DNA of 64,000 nt from Psammoneis japonica (Eukaryota): positions 186,001 through 250,000 of the forward strand of contig QPGO01000106.1 of the NCBI GenBank assembly GCA_008632985.1, in the 5' to 3' direction. Position numbers and translations under genes: made by a program. Positions 33,677 through 46,125 of this stretch are shown in pieces. A model generated the notes under the pieces. The model ran no database searches and was not told where the DNA came from. It saw nothing but the letters and a program-made list of their open reading frames with translations. The first letter of the stretch is position 1. Each line of letters opens with the position of its first letter.

Positions 33677-34070
33677 GACGCGTTCCAGCCCTAGGTGGGA
33701 GCTCGTAGCACTGACGTGTGACACAAATAATTTTTGTCATCCGTCGTATGTTTCGCACGTACATTTCTACGTGTGGTATTTAAAAAAAATTGTCCAGACT
33801 CGCTGTTTTGCGAAGCCCCAGACGTTTTATATAACGAATTTATAGAAACAATAATGCGCCAGTTACATTCTTCAATGTCTGAAGAATGTAACTGGCTAAG
33901 TAAAAAATGATGTACTTCAATCATGGGCGAGTTTGTGCGTTCGCAAAATTGCCCTTTTTTTTTGGCGATCATTGACATTTTAATTACCGTATAATTTTAG
34001 TACAGAGCTCGCACGTAGAATTCTACGGGCCCAATGTCACACGGATTCCCACCTACGTCTGGAACGCGTC
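33677..34070. mobile_element. MITE, 394 bp, with 4-bp TSD
   Basis: TIRs gacgcgttccagccctaggtggg and cccacctacgtctggaacgcgtc match 21/23. TSD TCTT at 33673-33676 and 34071-34074. AT-rich non-coding interior. Confidence 0.88.
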
Positions 34071-35442
34071 TCTTAGGGTTCTCTTGTCAATGAAACCCAT
34101 CACAGGGACAGCAAAGTTGACAACACAGCATGTCTCTCTCCTCCTTGGAGCTGTGCACAAAACAGCCCCCCCCTCCCTTTTTCTCATGCCTCAAGACAAT
34201 CGACTCAACTTGTGGAACACAGGCTGACCTCACCCAATGACTGTCAATCCTCGTCAACTCCAAATCATCCAAACAAACACACTCCTTCAGCTCAACTCCC
34301 TCAAAAAAGCCAACAGTGTCATTGGCCTCCTTTTTCTCCACGTTCTCGTTGAGGTTCATCATCACAGGGTGGCCACACAAAGCTTTGGAAGTGGGCCCAC
34401 ATGCCTTGATTCATTCCCAGCTTGTTTGACATGAGCATCTGGGCAAACTGCAAACAAAATGTCCCTGGACAGCTCATCTTGAAAATCCACATGCTCGCAC
34501 CTGGTGCTCCATTTTTTCCACTTGAGGTTCTTGCTTGCTCAGAGGACAATGGTGTGGGTTGGAGGTGGCTGTGCAAGAGATTTTGAATGTGCTCCCTCTG
34601 GCACCTTCTTGAAAATGCCATTGTTGACTGCATTCCTGTCAAAATTGGTGGCAACAGCACAGGCTGCATTGCTTGGGATGTCACTTTCCATGAGGAAAAG
34701 ATTGCTGGCAGATCAAGGTTTTTTCCACTGGCAGATGTTTCCACGAGAGTGTCAGTTGCAAAAATGACAAAAATCCAGAGGAGAATGGCTGGCCTGTCAG
34801 GACTCATCTGATCACAATGAACAATGAAAACACCACCAAATCATGTCTTCAGCTTCACATTGCTTCATCAAGAATTGGGTGACAAAGCACAAAGTGACAA
34901 AACAAAAGTGCAAGACAGAACATGTTGCTGATGACGATGCATTGTGCAACATTGTGCACTCTCCGCTTGTTGCACCCAACCATTTGTGGGCCGCTGTCAA
35001 GTTGGCTGGAGAGGCGTGTGATGAAGATGACGCTGATGAAACATTTCACAAAACTTGCATGGATGTCATGAAGTCATGATTTGCTGGTGGCTGATGAGTG
35101 TCCAAATGAAGCAAAAGAGCACCACGGACATCCTTCTCTTTGACATTTTAACAATTGCAATGTCATTGTGTTGTTTGAAGCATCTGATGTTTTGTCTTCA
35201 AATGTTTGTAAACTAAAGACAATGAGACACAGCCGTTCAGCCGCGATACGTCCAATCATCTGTCGTCACCGCTAGAGTTATCAACAGTTTATCCGCCTAC
35301 TCACAAATACTGAAGTGCTTACGTCAGCATGTAGAATTGTACGTAGTTCACTACCATTCGAAATTTTCGTTCGTGTTGCCCTCAACGGTCCTAAAATTTC
35401 CGAAATTTGTTGTTGCAGACATTTTCATTTCTCAGCACGACC

Positions 35443-37878
35443 ATGGCGTCTTCTTCTTCTTTTTCCAATGACACGACTACTACATCCAGTAGTAGTAGTT
35501 TGCCTCAAATACTGACACCCACGGCCCTCCCACGTTGATTGGTCATTTAGATGCCGGCGATGTATTGGAATGTTATGCCGTCACCCGCATGGCTCCGTTG
35601 CATTTCTTGGGCAATTCCACAAGTTTACAAGTAGAAAAGTCCGTCATTGCCTTGCGGTATCCCGCTCCACTGGGTTCCTCCAAGGCTCCTTTGGAATTGA
35701 CTCTGGAGTATGGCCCACAACGCATGGGTTCTACATTAAATCAAGAAGCCATGCCGCTCTTGCAACAACAAGAAGAATACGTTACGTGGGAAAACGAGGG
35801 ACACGTGTATTACAGCACGTCATTTGAAACACGCGATTGGACCAAGGCCAATTATGTGGCCAGCTTGACGGGAGCCGTGTTTGAATTATTGTTGGAAAAA
35901 GCATTGGAATTTGCACAAGTTCATCGTCGATATCAACCGGTTCGAGTCATTTCAGCCGACAGCAATGATGTGTGGTTGCGATCGAGTGCGTCTCATGATT
36001 TTGTCTACGCTGTTTGGCAAGGACTTGCGACAGCAGGAGTGGAATTGCAACCCATTATGGTCCCGCCTGTACATTTGCTTCGATTACATGCCTCGTCCAT
36101 TGTCAAGGTGTCGGGTACCGATCCAGAGGGACGAGCGGTCAGTCGAGAAGCGTACGAGTTTTACAACAAGCTCTATCAATGTGCCACGGCAATTCAAACG
36201 GGAAATTATCAAGAGTGGGAACCCACCGGAGCACCGTCCCAATCACCCGTACCAACCATGACACCGAGTTTAACAACAAGAACAGCAACAGACGTTCCAA
36301 CCAACATGGAAACGAAAGCAACAACCGAGTCACCAACGACTACCAGTGTTGGAAAAAAGAAGAACTCTACAACAACAGATTCTCCTTCGCTGGCGCCATC
36401 AGTTGTAGCTGAGGATCGAGATGAGACTCAAACAGATTTCCCCACAGCAACTCCAACCAAGTTGAAAAAATGGAAAACGAAAATAAGGTTGCAAACAATG
36501 CCACAGAGCAAGGCAATGATACTATTGTTCATGAGGACGAGCCACCCGACAACAATGACGATACTAACACAAATGATGATGATGATGACTCTCCACGCCG
36601 ACAGTTGGATGGTACTATGGAAATAGTTCCCGACGAGAGTGATGCTTTGGATGAACACGATGCCAATCCCGTGATTGATGATGCAGCCGACTATACCGAC
36701 CATGAGAATGCAACATTGCTATCATCCGTGGCTCCCACCACATCACCCGAAGAACAAGAACAAGAAGAATCACTGGATGAGACTACCAAGGCCAAGGAGG
36801 CGGCACAGCATGCCAAGGAGGCTGCCGATAAGGCCAAGGAGGCGGCACAATCACCTCTTGAAAGCAAGGCGGCCGATGCGGCCGTGGAGGCGGCCAATGC
36901 CGCCCAAGCCGCCGCCGATGCTACATCCAATGCGGCCACCAAGGCTGCCATGGAGGCGTTTAAATCCGGTGACGGGACGCTCGTCACGACTGTATTACGT
37001 GAATGCTTTGAAGATCCCAAATATGGTATTGCCAAGTCGAGAACAAAAACAAACACGAGAAAGAATCAAGAAGAAACAGACAATGTGGGTGACATTGTGA
37101 ATAATGAGACTGTCGTGACGGAAACGTTTGCGTACTTGTATTTGGACGGTTCCAATTATTACAGAGTCAACTTGACATGGCCCTACATGGATGTTGCCAC
37201 GTGGGAACGTCCCTTGCCCCAACCACCCTTTGGTCGGGACAGTGGCAAGGTGGACGCGGTGGATTGGTTATTGGCCTTGTTGGTGATTTGTCTCGTGGCG
37301 GCCACCATTTCGGCCTTGTTGCAACAAATGGGATACAACATTGCCCTGCTCGAGTATCAAAAATGGTTCTTTTCACCAAGACATTATGACGAAGAAAAGA
37401 GCAGAGATCCGGCGCTTGATGTAAGTCATAACAATGGACAAGGATTCTCTCATGGATTTGGGGAGGATGTCATTCCGCTAAGCATGGGTGGTCGACGACC
37501 CTTTGTCGATCAGCCTCATGATGATAGTGACGAAAGTGGGGACGTGACTGCTCCGGGGGAATGATTAATGGAAGCAAGGATCATTTGGATAGTGGCGAAT
37601 TGGGCGATTTGGAAATGGTGCCGCCCCAACCGCCGACCAATACACTTGGAAGCCCTTCTTCTTCTTCCAGGACAAATCGTGCTACGAGTCGAAGCAGTGG
37701 CGGTAGTATTGGCATGGATTTTATGGACGAAACCAGTGGTGAACGAACGGCCGTGCCAAGACGATTTTCTCGAGATCCAGATCTCGTTGACTTGCCAGAT
37801 TTAACGTCATCGTCAAAGGTGGCGATACCCGTCTCTCGTAGCAGTAGCGCTGGCGGATACACTGATTCAATTCAATAG
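35443..37878 (+). CDS. Hypothetical single-pass membrane protein with Thr/acidic low-complexity middle; three apparent frameshifts
   Basis: Consecutive ORFs 35535-36626, 36470-37564 and 37561-37878 have normal composition and join at about 35510, 36470 and 37560. TM segment DWLLALLVICLVAATISALL. Confidence 0.7.
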
Positions 37879-39156
37879 AAAAGAGTCATCAATCTTGCTG
37901 CTGCTGGTTCATGCGTCTTTTCCACTCAATCCAATATAGGATCATTGTGCCTTTTCATGAGAAGATGCTCTTGTGTTTCGAGGACTACTAGACGATATCT
38001 TTGAGAGCTGGGATGAAGATACCTCGGCATTTACCCCGCTATTCCGACATCCAGGCACCAATCTATACACATCTACAACGATTTTATCCTCATGACACGT
38101 GGCTTGAACAACCCCGTTCTCAAGGAATGGCAGAAACGCGGGCTCTACAATGGTAGAATTCTTGGTGCATCCAGCGCTCTATCGCGTCAATCGCCAGGTG
38201 GATGATCCATCGGTAGGGCTCCTGGGCGGAGTGGCCGTGCCGTACGCCGCGAATCTATGGATATTGACGGCACGAAGAATCGATACAAGATCATGTACTG
38301 AGACTTTTTTTTCGCTACATGGGGTCAGCATTTCATTCGTTTCCTCACTACATCTCGGAAATCCAGCGTGAGGGAAATGTAGGCGACGTGATTGGCAACA
38401 TGGATGATGTAGAGATATTTGCTGATTGGAGTACATTGTCACTCCTTCGAAAGGGATGTTCCCTTATCCCATGGCTAGCTGAAAAACTGCGAGCAAAGTT
38501 TTATATACTGAAATTCTCCTTGCTCGAGATTGGGTGCGTCCCTGTGGTGGACAGCACTCCCCTTCGACATTTTCCCCGAGTCTCTCACGCCCTAACGAAT
38601 ACAACTGAGCTTCCCATGAAGCAGGCAACTTTTGGAAGACGTTCAACTCTAAAAGCGCATTGTCCGCATTAGCGGTACCATTGGGCGTGACAGGAAGCAT
38701 CCCAAGACAAACGATACATTCATTGTGGGTCGTCAAGCTCTCTAATGCGTAATACAGTAATGTGGAAAATGCTTTTGCTCGGCAAGCAAACCACGGAATC
38801 CACGACTGTTTGTTGCTTGCCATGCAGTGGCACAAACGACGATGCGAAGATACTCTTCAATGAGGGGATTATTAGTAGAGTGCAGTGCCTACATCTTGTT
38901 ATATATGGATAGTATCAATCCTCCATCATATAGAGTAGATACTGTTACGGTGACGGAACGGATGTCAGAAAGATACAACACTATTTTTATAGAGAGGCAG
39001 CTCCTCGTCATTCGTGCCTCGGAAGATATCTAAACAAAGAATGACATAAAGGTACTGGCTCGTCTGTGACATGCAACGTGCATGGCTCCTGTCTCGTCAT
39101 ACTTAAAAGGAATCGGTGTACAGTGGAAGGACATTTCCTACTAGCACACGCAATCC

Positions 39157-39843
39157 TTACAAATCAGGGAATTCATCCTTGATGTACGAGCGCACTAGCT
39201 TGTCCACAATGGCTTCGTAAGTGCTGCGTAAGAAGGATGACTCCTCCGGCGTGTTCTCCTTGACCACGATGCGAAAGCGGTCAGACTTGATCAACTGTTC
39301 CGCCGTGAAAGTGGCTACACTCTCATCAGCCGGAATGTCCAACTTGGCCATCATGTTGAGCACGAAGGAGGCACAGTTGTTGGTCCATAAGTCATAGTCC
39401 TTCTTCGTTCCCTCCCCAGAACGGGCGGGTTTGGCCTCATTTAGGGCAGAGGCAATTATGGAGAGCTCCCTAGTAGCCATAACGAGACGGGGCTGCACTC
39501 CAGCCAGGTCGTTCATGACGTGAACCTTCTTCTCCCCCGCATCGTCGTGGAATTCAAAGTCAAAGCTGAAAACAGGGCAGTCCTTCTCCTCATCCTTCTT
39601 CATTGGCTCTGCCATGAGGAAGATGTGACTGTTGACAAACAAGGAGATCTCATAGAGGTCGGACGCACACTCACCATCCATCATCAAAGCCGTTGATTCT
39701 TCAAGAGAAAGAAGACGGCGACGACATGAAGCATCGTCATCGTGGCAAGTGGAAGTGAAAACCAGACCTCCCTCAACGGAAGAAGGGAGGATGGCAAGGC
39801 TGACAAGCCCAGCTAGAATGGTAAATGCAGAATCAAACTTCAT
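39157..39843 (-). CDS. Secreted protein, possibly PPPDE/permuted papain-like
   Basis: Signal-like MKFDSAFTILAGLVSLAILPSSVEG; upstream His in NSHIFL and YDLWTNNCASFV motif. Confidence 0.7.
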   Translation of the reverse strand: MKFDSAFTILAGLVSLAILPSSVEGGLVFTSTCHDDDASCRRRLLSLEESTALMMDGECASDLYEISLFVNSHIFLMAEPMKKDEEKDCPVFSFDFEFHDDAGEKKVHVMNDLAGVQPRLVMATRELSIIASALNEAKPARSGEGTKKDYDLWTNNCASFVLNMMAKLDIPADESVATFTAEQLIKSDRFRIVVKENTPEESSFLRSTYEAIVDKLVRSYIKDEFPDL

Positions 39844-40619
39844 GACTGCGTGTTGTGCGGCAGAGGAGAGAGCTTTTCGCAAACGCAAGACCTCTTGATT
39901 TATGTGCCAAATCCAACAAGAGGACGGACCTTTACGCGGGACTTGAAACAACGCTGCAAGCAGGATTTATTGTGGTCGCGGGTTCTACATCAACAACACG
40001 CGCGCACGCAAGCAGGATTTTGTGATGTGGTCGCGGGTTTTGTCGGGATTGGATTGGGGGAGATTACACTGGCAACATTCATCATACACGATAAAACGCA
40101 TTAGATCAAACTCGTGACTGGGTCATTCTCTCATGTGACATGAGGGGAGAAGAGCTGCAATGTTAATCTCATTGTTAAGGTGTGCATGATGATGCTGCAC
40201 CGATGCGACACCTGTGGCACAACTCTCATCATGATGCCAAAATTATAGCGGTGCCGACTACATCATTAAGCGTGAGAGGAAGCGTCTCAAGGCAAATAAT
40301 ACAGTCAATGTTGGTCAACGACCTCCTACATTCTGTTCACATCGAAAAATCTAGCTCCAAATCGAAAAGTACTAATGTTATTTGACTGTTGGTTTCTCCT
40401 TGATGCCGTACGGTACTCACCAAAACGTTCCGAAAGTAGACAGATCGTGCCCTTGGAGACGGTCGACATCATTCACAAATCCAACTCAAATACCGGGGAT
40501 GATTGGGCAGAACGAGGATGCTGTTGTACTTTCAGAAGTGCAATCGCTATCCAAATGGCTCCCTCATGTAACAAATGCAACGTTAGTCCTGTTTCAAAAA
40601 CAGCCAGTCGTCCCATCAA

Positions 40620-41469
40620 TCAATTAAAGCGTTCCATGAGTGGCTCTAATGAAAAATAAATCAATGCTGAAACAACGACACCATCTGAATTGAATGGTGC
40701 AGTTGCTTCCCCAACTGTTGAAATCACAGCTAACGCCAAGACAAGCCGCATGTCTAAAAGACCAAAACCCAAAAATGGTGGATACAGACACAGTCCAATC
40801 ATTGTTCCAACAAGACACCCATGCTACCTTCCAAGGACTTTTGAGAACAAAGCGGCGTTACTCTGTACTTGTGCTTTGCCGTCACGAGCGGTGCAATGCC
40901 GTCACCAAATCCACCGCCAAAACCTAGTGCCGCCATGATTACGGCAGCCTTGACAGACTTGAATTCGAACAAACCCAACCAAGTTAGTATGAGCACAAAC
41001 TGAAATGGACCTCCAAGTAATTCCATTGGATCGCCACTCTGGGTCATGTTTTGTATATCTTCGTGCTTGGGGTCTCGTACATACAGGGCCTTGAACAAAA
41101 GATATATACCTCATGTGTGAGAATAGCTACAATTCGCACAGAAAGCATGTGAACATCAGATTTTGAACTCCCTCTCTCTCTACTTACTAGATACAACAGT
41201 TTGATAGCATAGACAAGTGGGACCGTAATATTCAAAGTCCACGACCAATGATTCGTATCAAAGAACGGCCAAAACAGTAGCAACGACGAAGCGCCAATGT
41301 GAATGATTCGTAGTCCCAACACGGGCTTGTTCCAACGGTCTCGAACAAGCGTGCAAATTTCCATGAGCACCAATACATAAACAAAAGTCAACAAGGCAAC
41401 AATAGCATTGTTGCTCAGCGCATCTTGAGGTAGTAGAGATGCCGATAATGAAGAGGAAAGTGGTGCCAT
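40620..41469 (-). pseudogene. Phytol/farnesol-kinase-like (cytidylyltransferase family) tandem copy A with a frameshift
   Basis: Exon 41469-41188, GT-AG intron, exon from 41089. A 1-nt deletion near 40812 relative to copy B and a GFGG duplication. Motifs RIIHI, GDGIAPL, KSLEGS. Confidence 0.75.
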
Positions 41470-41946
41470 TTCAGTTGAATCTCATCGTCACAGAGTGATG
41501 CGTTTCCCGCCATTTTTTTCCTTTCCTCTATTTTTCTTAGTCATTCGTGCTATTGCTAGCTAGCACTTTTTCGATCGCCATCAGCCGTTCATCAACCTTT
41601 TCAACAGGATCCTGGTAGGACCACTTGAAATAGGGAAGATGCTGACGTACTCTGAAAGTCACTGACTCTATCCACCTTTTACCGGGAAGGATCGATTTAG
41701 ATATAACTAATTTCTCGCCTAATACTCAAATTTATACTGTGTGGAACGAGCATTTTGTTGTGCTATTACGACCATCAAAGGGTCAATCGACATTGCTGTT
41801 ATCTCATATTCAGGAAAAAATGTTCTACTCTGTTTCAAACTGCGCAAAGATTGTGTATTTGGCTTTCACTCCTCTCACAGATCGAACCGTTGTGGTTCTG
41901 ACCAGTTATGTGTGACACATGTGACACAAGGTGTTGATCGCAACCA

Positions 41947-42766
41947 TCAATTAAACCGTTCCATCAGTGGCTCCATCGAAAAGTAAATCAATGCTGGTAC
42001 CACGATATTGTCAGAGTTAAATGGCGCTGTTCCTTCCCCAACGGTAGCAATTGCGCCCAAGGCCACGACCAGTCTTACATCTAAAAACCCCAACCCCAAA
42101 AGGGGTGGATACAGACTCAGTCCAATCATGGTACCCACAAAGACACCCATGCTTCCTTCCAATGACTTTTGTGATGAAAACGGCACTTTGTACTTATGCT
42201 TGCCCGCCACGAGCGGTGCAATGCCGTCACCAAATCCCAGCGCCGCCATGATTACGGCAGCTTTGAGAGTCATGAATTCGAGCAATCCCAACCACATCAT
42301 CACGACAACAAATTGAAAGGGTCCCACCAACAATTCCATTGGGTCGCCAGTGCGTGTCATGTTTTGAATATCTTCGTGCTTTGGATCTCGTAATATGAGT
42401 GCCTAAATAAGTAATACCCGGAGTACGTCGAGAAGCCACATTAGTGAGACAACAAAACACCTTGTTGTGCGCCTCTTCTTCACATTTTTTTCTCGTGTTG
42501 CTACTTACCAGATACAATAATTTGATGAAATAGACAAACGGTATTGCAATATTTAACGTCCATGACCAATGAGACGTGTCAAAGAGAGGCCAAAACAACA
42601 ACCATGAAGCTGCACCAATGTGAATGATTTTGCGTCCGAGTTCCGGCTTTTTGCAATAGTCTCGCACGAAACTGCAGATTTCCATCAATACCAGCACATA
42701 GACGAGTGTAAGAAAGGCAATAAAAACGTTGTTTGTCAGCGCGTCTTGCAGCAAAGGCGACGCCAT
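41947..42766 (-). CDS. Phytol/farnesol-kinase-like membrane protein, tandem copy B, intact (exons 42766-42509 and 42402-41947)
   Basis: GRKIIHIG, ELLVGP, GFGDGIAPLVAG, KSLEGS and DNIVVP motifs. Phase-0 GTAAG..TAG intron gives 237 aa. Confidence 0.88.
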
Positions 42767-43379
42767 GGTTGGTTAGGCGCGACACCACAAAGCTGCATGC
42801 AGGATTGTGCGTCGGCGTGAGAATATAAACGCCCAACACCCAACACGCACTTGAACACAGCACTGGTAGCCCTACAGATCCGTGCGCGCACGCAACAATG
42901 CTGCACTGTAGCGACACTCTCTCACCATTGCCGGCATTTGGAACAACGATAAGAGACAGGCAGAAGTGATTTGGAAAGCTGAGTCATTGCATTTTTTTGG
43001 CGGATGCATTGAGATAAAAGTGACAAATCACTCCAAAACAACTCCAGCCAATTTCAGCAAACAAGCAAAACATGAGATGAGAACACCCACAAGAGGAGGG
43101 CAGCAGCAAGAAAAGCGATGCAGTTGCTTGAGCAAAGAAGCACTTCGCAGGCTGTGGCATGGCATGGCTGAGAGACAGGCACAGCTGCAAGGAAGTTGGC
43201 TCTCCATCACCGTTTGATCCACTGAAACAAATGAAGGTGATCCTGATGAGAGAGATGGTGTGAGATGACTGTGTTGGCAGATTTTGAACAACAGCGCGTC
43301 ACTGCTTCTCTTGTGCTGTGCCCCTGAGTTCTTTTGGCTGAACATGCCACGACGCTGTAGAAAAAAGTCATTTTGACAC

Positions 43380-44400
43380 ACACTGGTTGCACAAGGACAT
43401 GATGTGGCACTGTGAAAACTCGAATTTTTTGCACCAAAAACTGAAAAAAAAGGTGCCAACTTTTGGCCACCAGTGCTGGGTGTGTTTCTCCAATGGCTGT
43501 TGGCCACATGGACAACCTTTCACGAAGCATGCACAGAATAAAGTTTGGATCTGCAGGGCTTTTACAGAGTTTCAGTGCTGCAACACAACCACAATCTTGG
43601 CCCCCTCCAATGTCAAAAAGTGTTCATGTGCACCCTTGCACAGCTGCAATGTTCTTTCTGCAAAAGGCAGTGCAGCACACACACCTCTCTTTTGCCAACT
43701 TTTGTGCTCCCAGATGCTGTTGACACAACACAGGTACACCAACACAAGCTGTGCTTGTTTCCTTGAATTTTGTTTGTGAGTGAGAAATGTGCAAACTTGT
43801 GCCCTTTTTGTGGCTTCTTTTGGCAGAACTTGTTGTGGCTCACAGGTTTTGGAGCTGCCAGCACTGCCATCATGGTGCACCTCCTCTCTCCATGCTCATG
43901 TTGAGTTGCAATGAATCTTTTCTTTGGACAGAAAAAAGTTGGTGCACACAGGTGCAAATTTTGTAGAGGAGCAGGCAGAGGCAGCACATCATTGTGGAAA
44001 AGGAGGCTCTTTGGGTTGATGGCACCAAGCTGTTTTTTGCAGGCAGAAGGCCAAAGCTGCTGGCATGTCTGCCCTCTTCTTTCAAGGTTAGTTTCAGTGC
44101 ACAAGTGATGCCATGCATTGCACACATTGACATCACAGCATTTGCTTGAGCATCGGCAGAAGCTGCCTGAGAGAAGACTCAGAAGTCAGGAGTCTCCAAC
44201 AATCAGCACAGAGATGTGTTTGAACTTGGGAATGAGCAAAGGAGAAGCTGGGAACTTCCTTGGCATCAAGATTGAGAATCTGTCCAATGGCTGATTTCTT
44301 CTCACCCAACCTGGTCTGATCAACGAGGTCCCACACATTTCCCAGACAGAGGGCCACAACTGGGTCTCTCTGCTCCAGCTCCACCCAAGCCCATTGACTG
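43380..44400. repeat. Dispersed repeat family B copy
   Basis: 44060-44400 aligns with 45770-46125; 43545-43620 and 44060-44100 align with 49735-49805 and 50023-50063. Confidence 0.8.
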
Positions 44401-44795
44401 AACAGAAATGACGATGCTGTTGAGCGAGTTGTCGTTCAACGCCGAGTCCGATTCGAATGAACCCGCGCGCGTTAATTTTGTCGAAGGGAAAACCAACGCA
44501 GAAAGATGGATTTATTGTCCGGTCCCGAAACGCCCGTGGATCCCGCCGAGTGCAGAAAGGTTTTGTTTCAGAGCGATGGCGACATGGCTCCTTTGGCGGA
44601 AGAAGAAGAAGGAGAAGATTAGGCTTAATATGTATTGCATTGGTACTTGGAGTGCTTGTCTTTTGTATAGTAGCAATTTGAAATTTTATGGTGAGATCTA
44701 TTGCAGTATAGCAAGTCGAATTCAGCTTGAACCGACGATACATGTTGGAAGCCTACTCAACGAAGTTAGTAGTAGGCAAAGCCTATGGCATATGT

Positions 44796-45422
44796 TCATC
44801 CCGCAATATCAACAACAGATTGTGATGGTAGCGTCGCCCCCTCGATGTTCGAGGTCGGCAAATGCTCTTGTCCCTGTTGAGCATTACGAAGTCGCTGAAA
44901 GTTACTGTCATGAAATTGATGCGAAGCGTATCCGTGTTCAATGGTCTGAAAGCGCCTGTGCAGGAAGTCCAACAATTCTTCGTAGAATCCTTCTTTCTGG
45001 TCCATCTTGTCGATAATAGTCCCGTCGTGTAACAAAATATGAATTTTGCACATTGGCATTTGTCGTTCCGCGCCCTTGTGACGGTAGTGTATAACATAGT
45101 GTTCACAAAATATAGCTTGGACCTGATCCGTTGGTATGACGAGCTCGTCTTTCATACAGGTATCGTAATCACGATACCGAATGCAATGATAATCGGCTTG
45201 AACCCGGAACATGATGACGTGGAGTGTCAAGTGGACAAAGAAGAGCGTGATGGGTATTCCAATGAGAAACCATGCGTAATGCTGTGTGGTTCCCAGAAAC
45301 CAAATGCAACAGACAAGAAAAGGAAAAAGAAGCCAAAACACGAGCCAAAGGCGACTCCGGCGAATGACAACAGGTTGCTGAAACGCCGTCCCGGTTTCGT
45401 ACTGAAAACGACTGTAATTCAT
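44796..45422 (-). CDS. Hypothetical two-TM membrane protein
   Basis: 208-aa ATG-started ORF with two hydrophobic helices, in an unmutated island between family B copies. Confidence 0.5.
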   Translation of the reverse strand: MNYSRFQYETGTAFQQPVVIRRSRLWLVFWLLFPFLVCCIWFLGTTQHYAWFLIGIPITLFFVHLTLHVIMFRVQADYHCIRYRDYDTCMKDELVIPTDQVQAIFCEHYVIHYRHKGAERQMPMCKIHILLHDGTIIDKMDQKEGFYEELLDFLHRRFQTIEHGYASHQFHDSNFQRLRNAQQGQEHLPTSNIEGATLPSQSVVDIAG

Positions 45423-45769
45423 TCTTCTTCTCCATCACACGCAACACAAGACATAAGACACCAGACACTGGTCGATTTTCAGGTATGGACACCGATCGAA
45501 AGCTCTCGTCGAGCGCTTTTCAGCCATGCACTGTACTGGGTGCAGTGTGTTGTTTATCAATTCCTTTTTCCTAAATTGAATGAAGGCGGCCGGTAAAACA
45601 TTTCAACGGTCAAAATAACTTGTGACTTGTGACAAATTGTATCCATGTAGAAGTGATGTGTGCACAAAAAAATAGCAATGCTGTTTTTTAGCGCACGATT
45701 GCATTCTGCGCGCTTTTTCTCAACAAATGTTTTGGGAGCTCGAGAGCGCCCGTTGGCACCTTTTTGTGT

Positions 45770-46125
45770 GGCATGTCTGTCCTCTTTTTTCGAGGTGGGT
45801 TTCAGGAGTGCACAAGCAGTGATGCCATGCATTGCGCACATTGATGGCACAGCGTTTGCTTGAGCATCAGCAGAAGCTGCCAAAGAAGAGACTCAGAAGT
45901 CAGGTGTCTCCAACGACCAGCAGCACGCAGAGACACACCTGTGAACTTGGGAACGAGCAAAGGAGAAGCTGGGAACTTCCTTGGCATCAACACCGAGAAA
46001 CCATCCAATTGTTTTTGACTTCTGCTCACCCAACCTGGTCTGATCAACAAGGTCCCATGCATTTCCCAGACAGACAGCCACAGCTGGGTCTCTCTGCTGC
46101 TCCAGCTCCGCCCAAGCCCGCTGAT
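45770..46125. repeat. Dispersed repeat family B copy
   Basis: gtgatgccatgcattgc.cacattga...gactcagaagtcagg...gggaacttccttggcatcaa is shared with 44100-44400. Confidence 0.85.

Noticed and set aside
14780..35200. Numerous 60-200 aa Cys/His-rich ORFs as real genes or metal-binding proteins
   Set aside because: They overlap in all frames, lack Tyr and follow from loss of TAA/TAG.
35443..37878. Programmed frameshifting in the three-part gene
   Set aside because: At least two breaks fall in short homopolymers (aaaaaa, ggggg), so sequencing indels or pseudogenisation are simpler. It cannot be resolved without reads.
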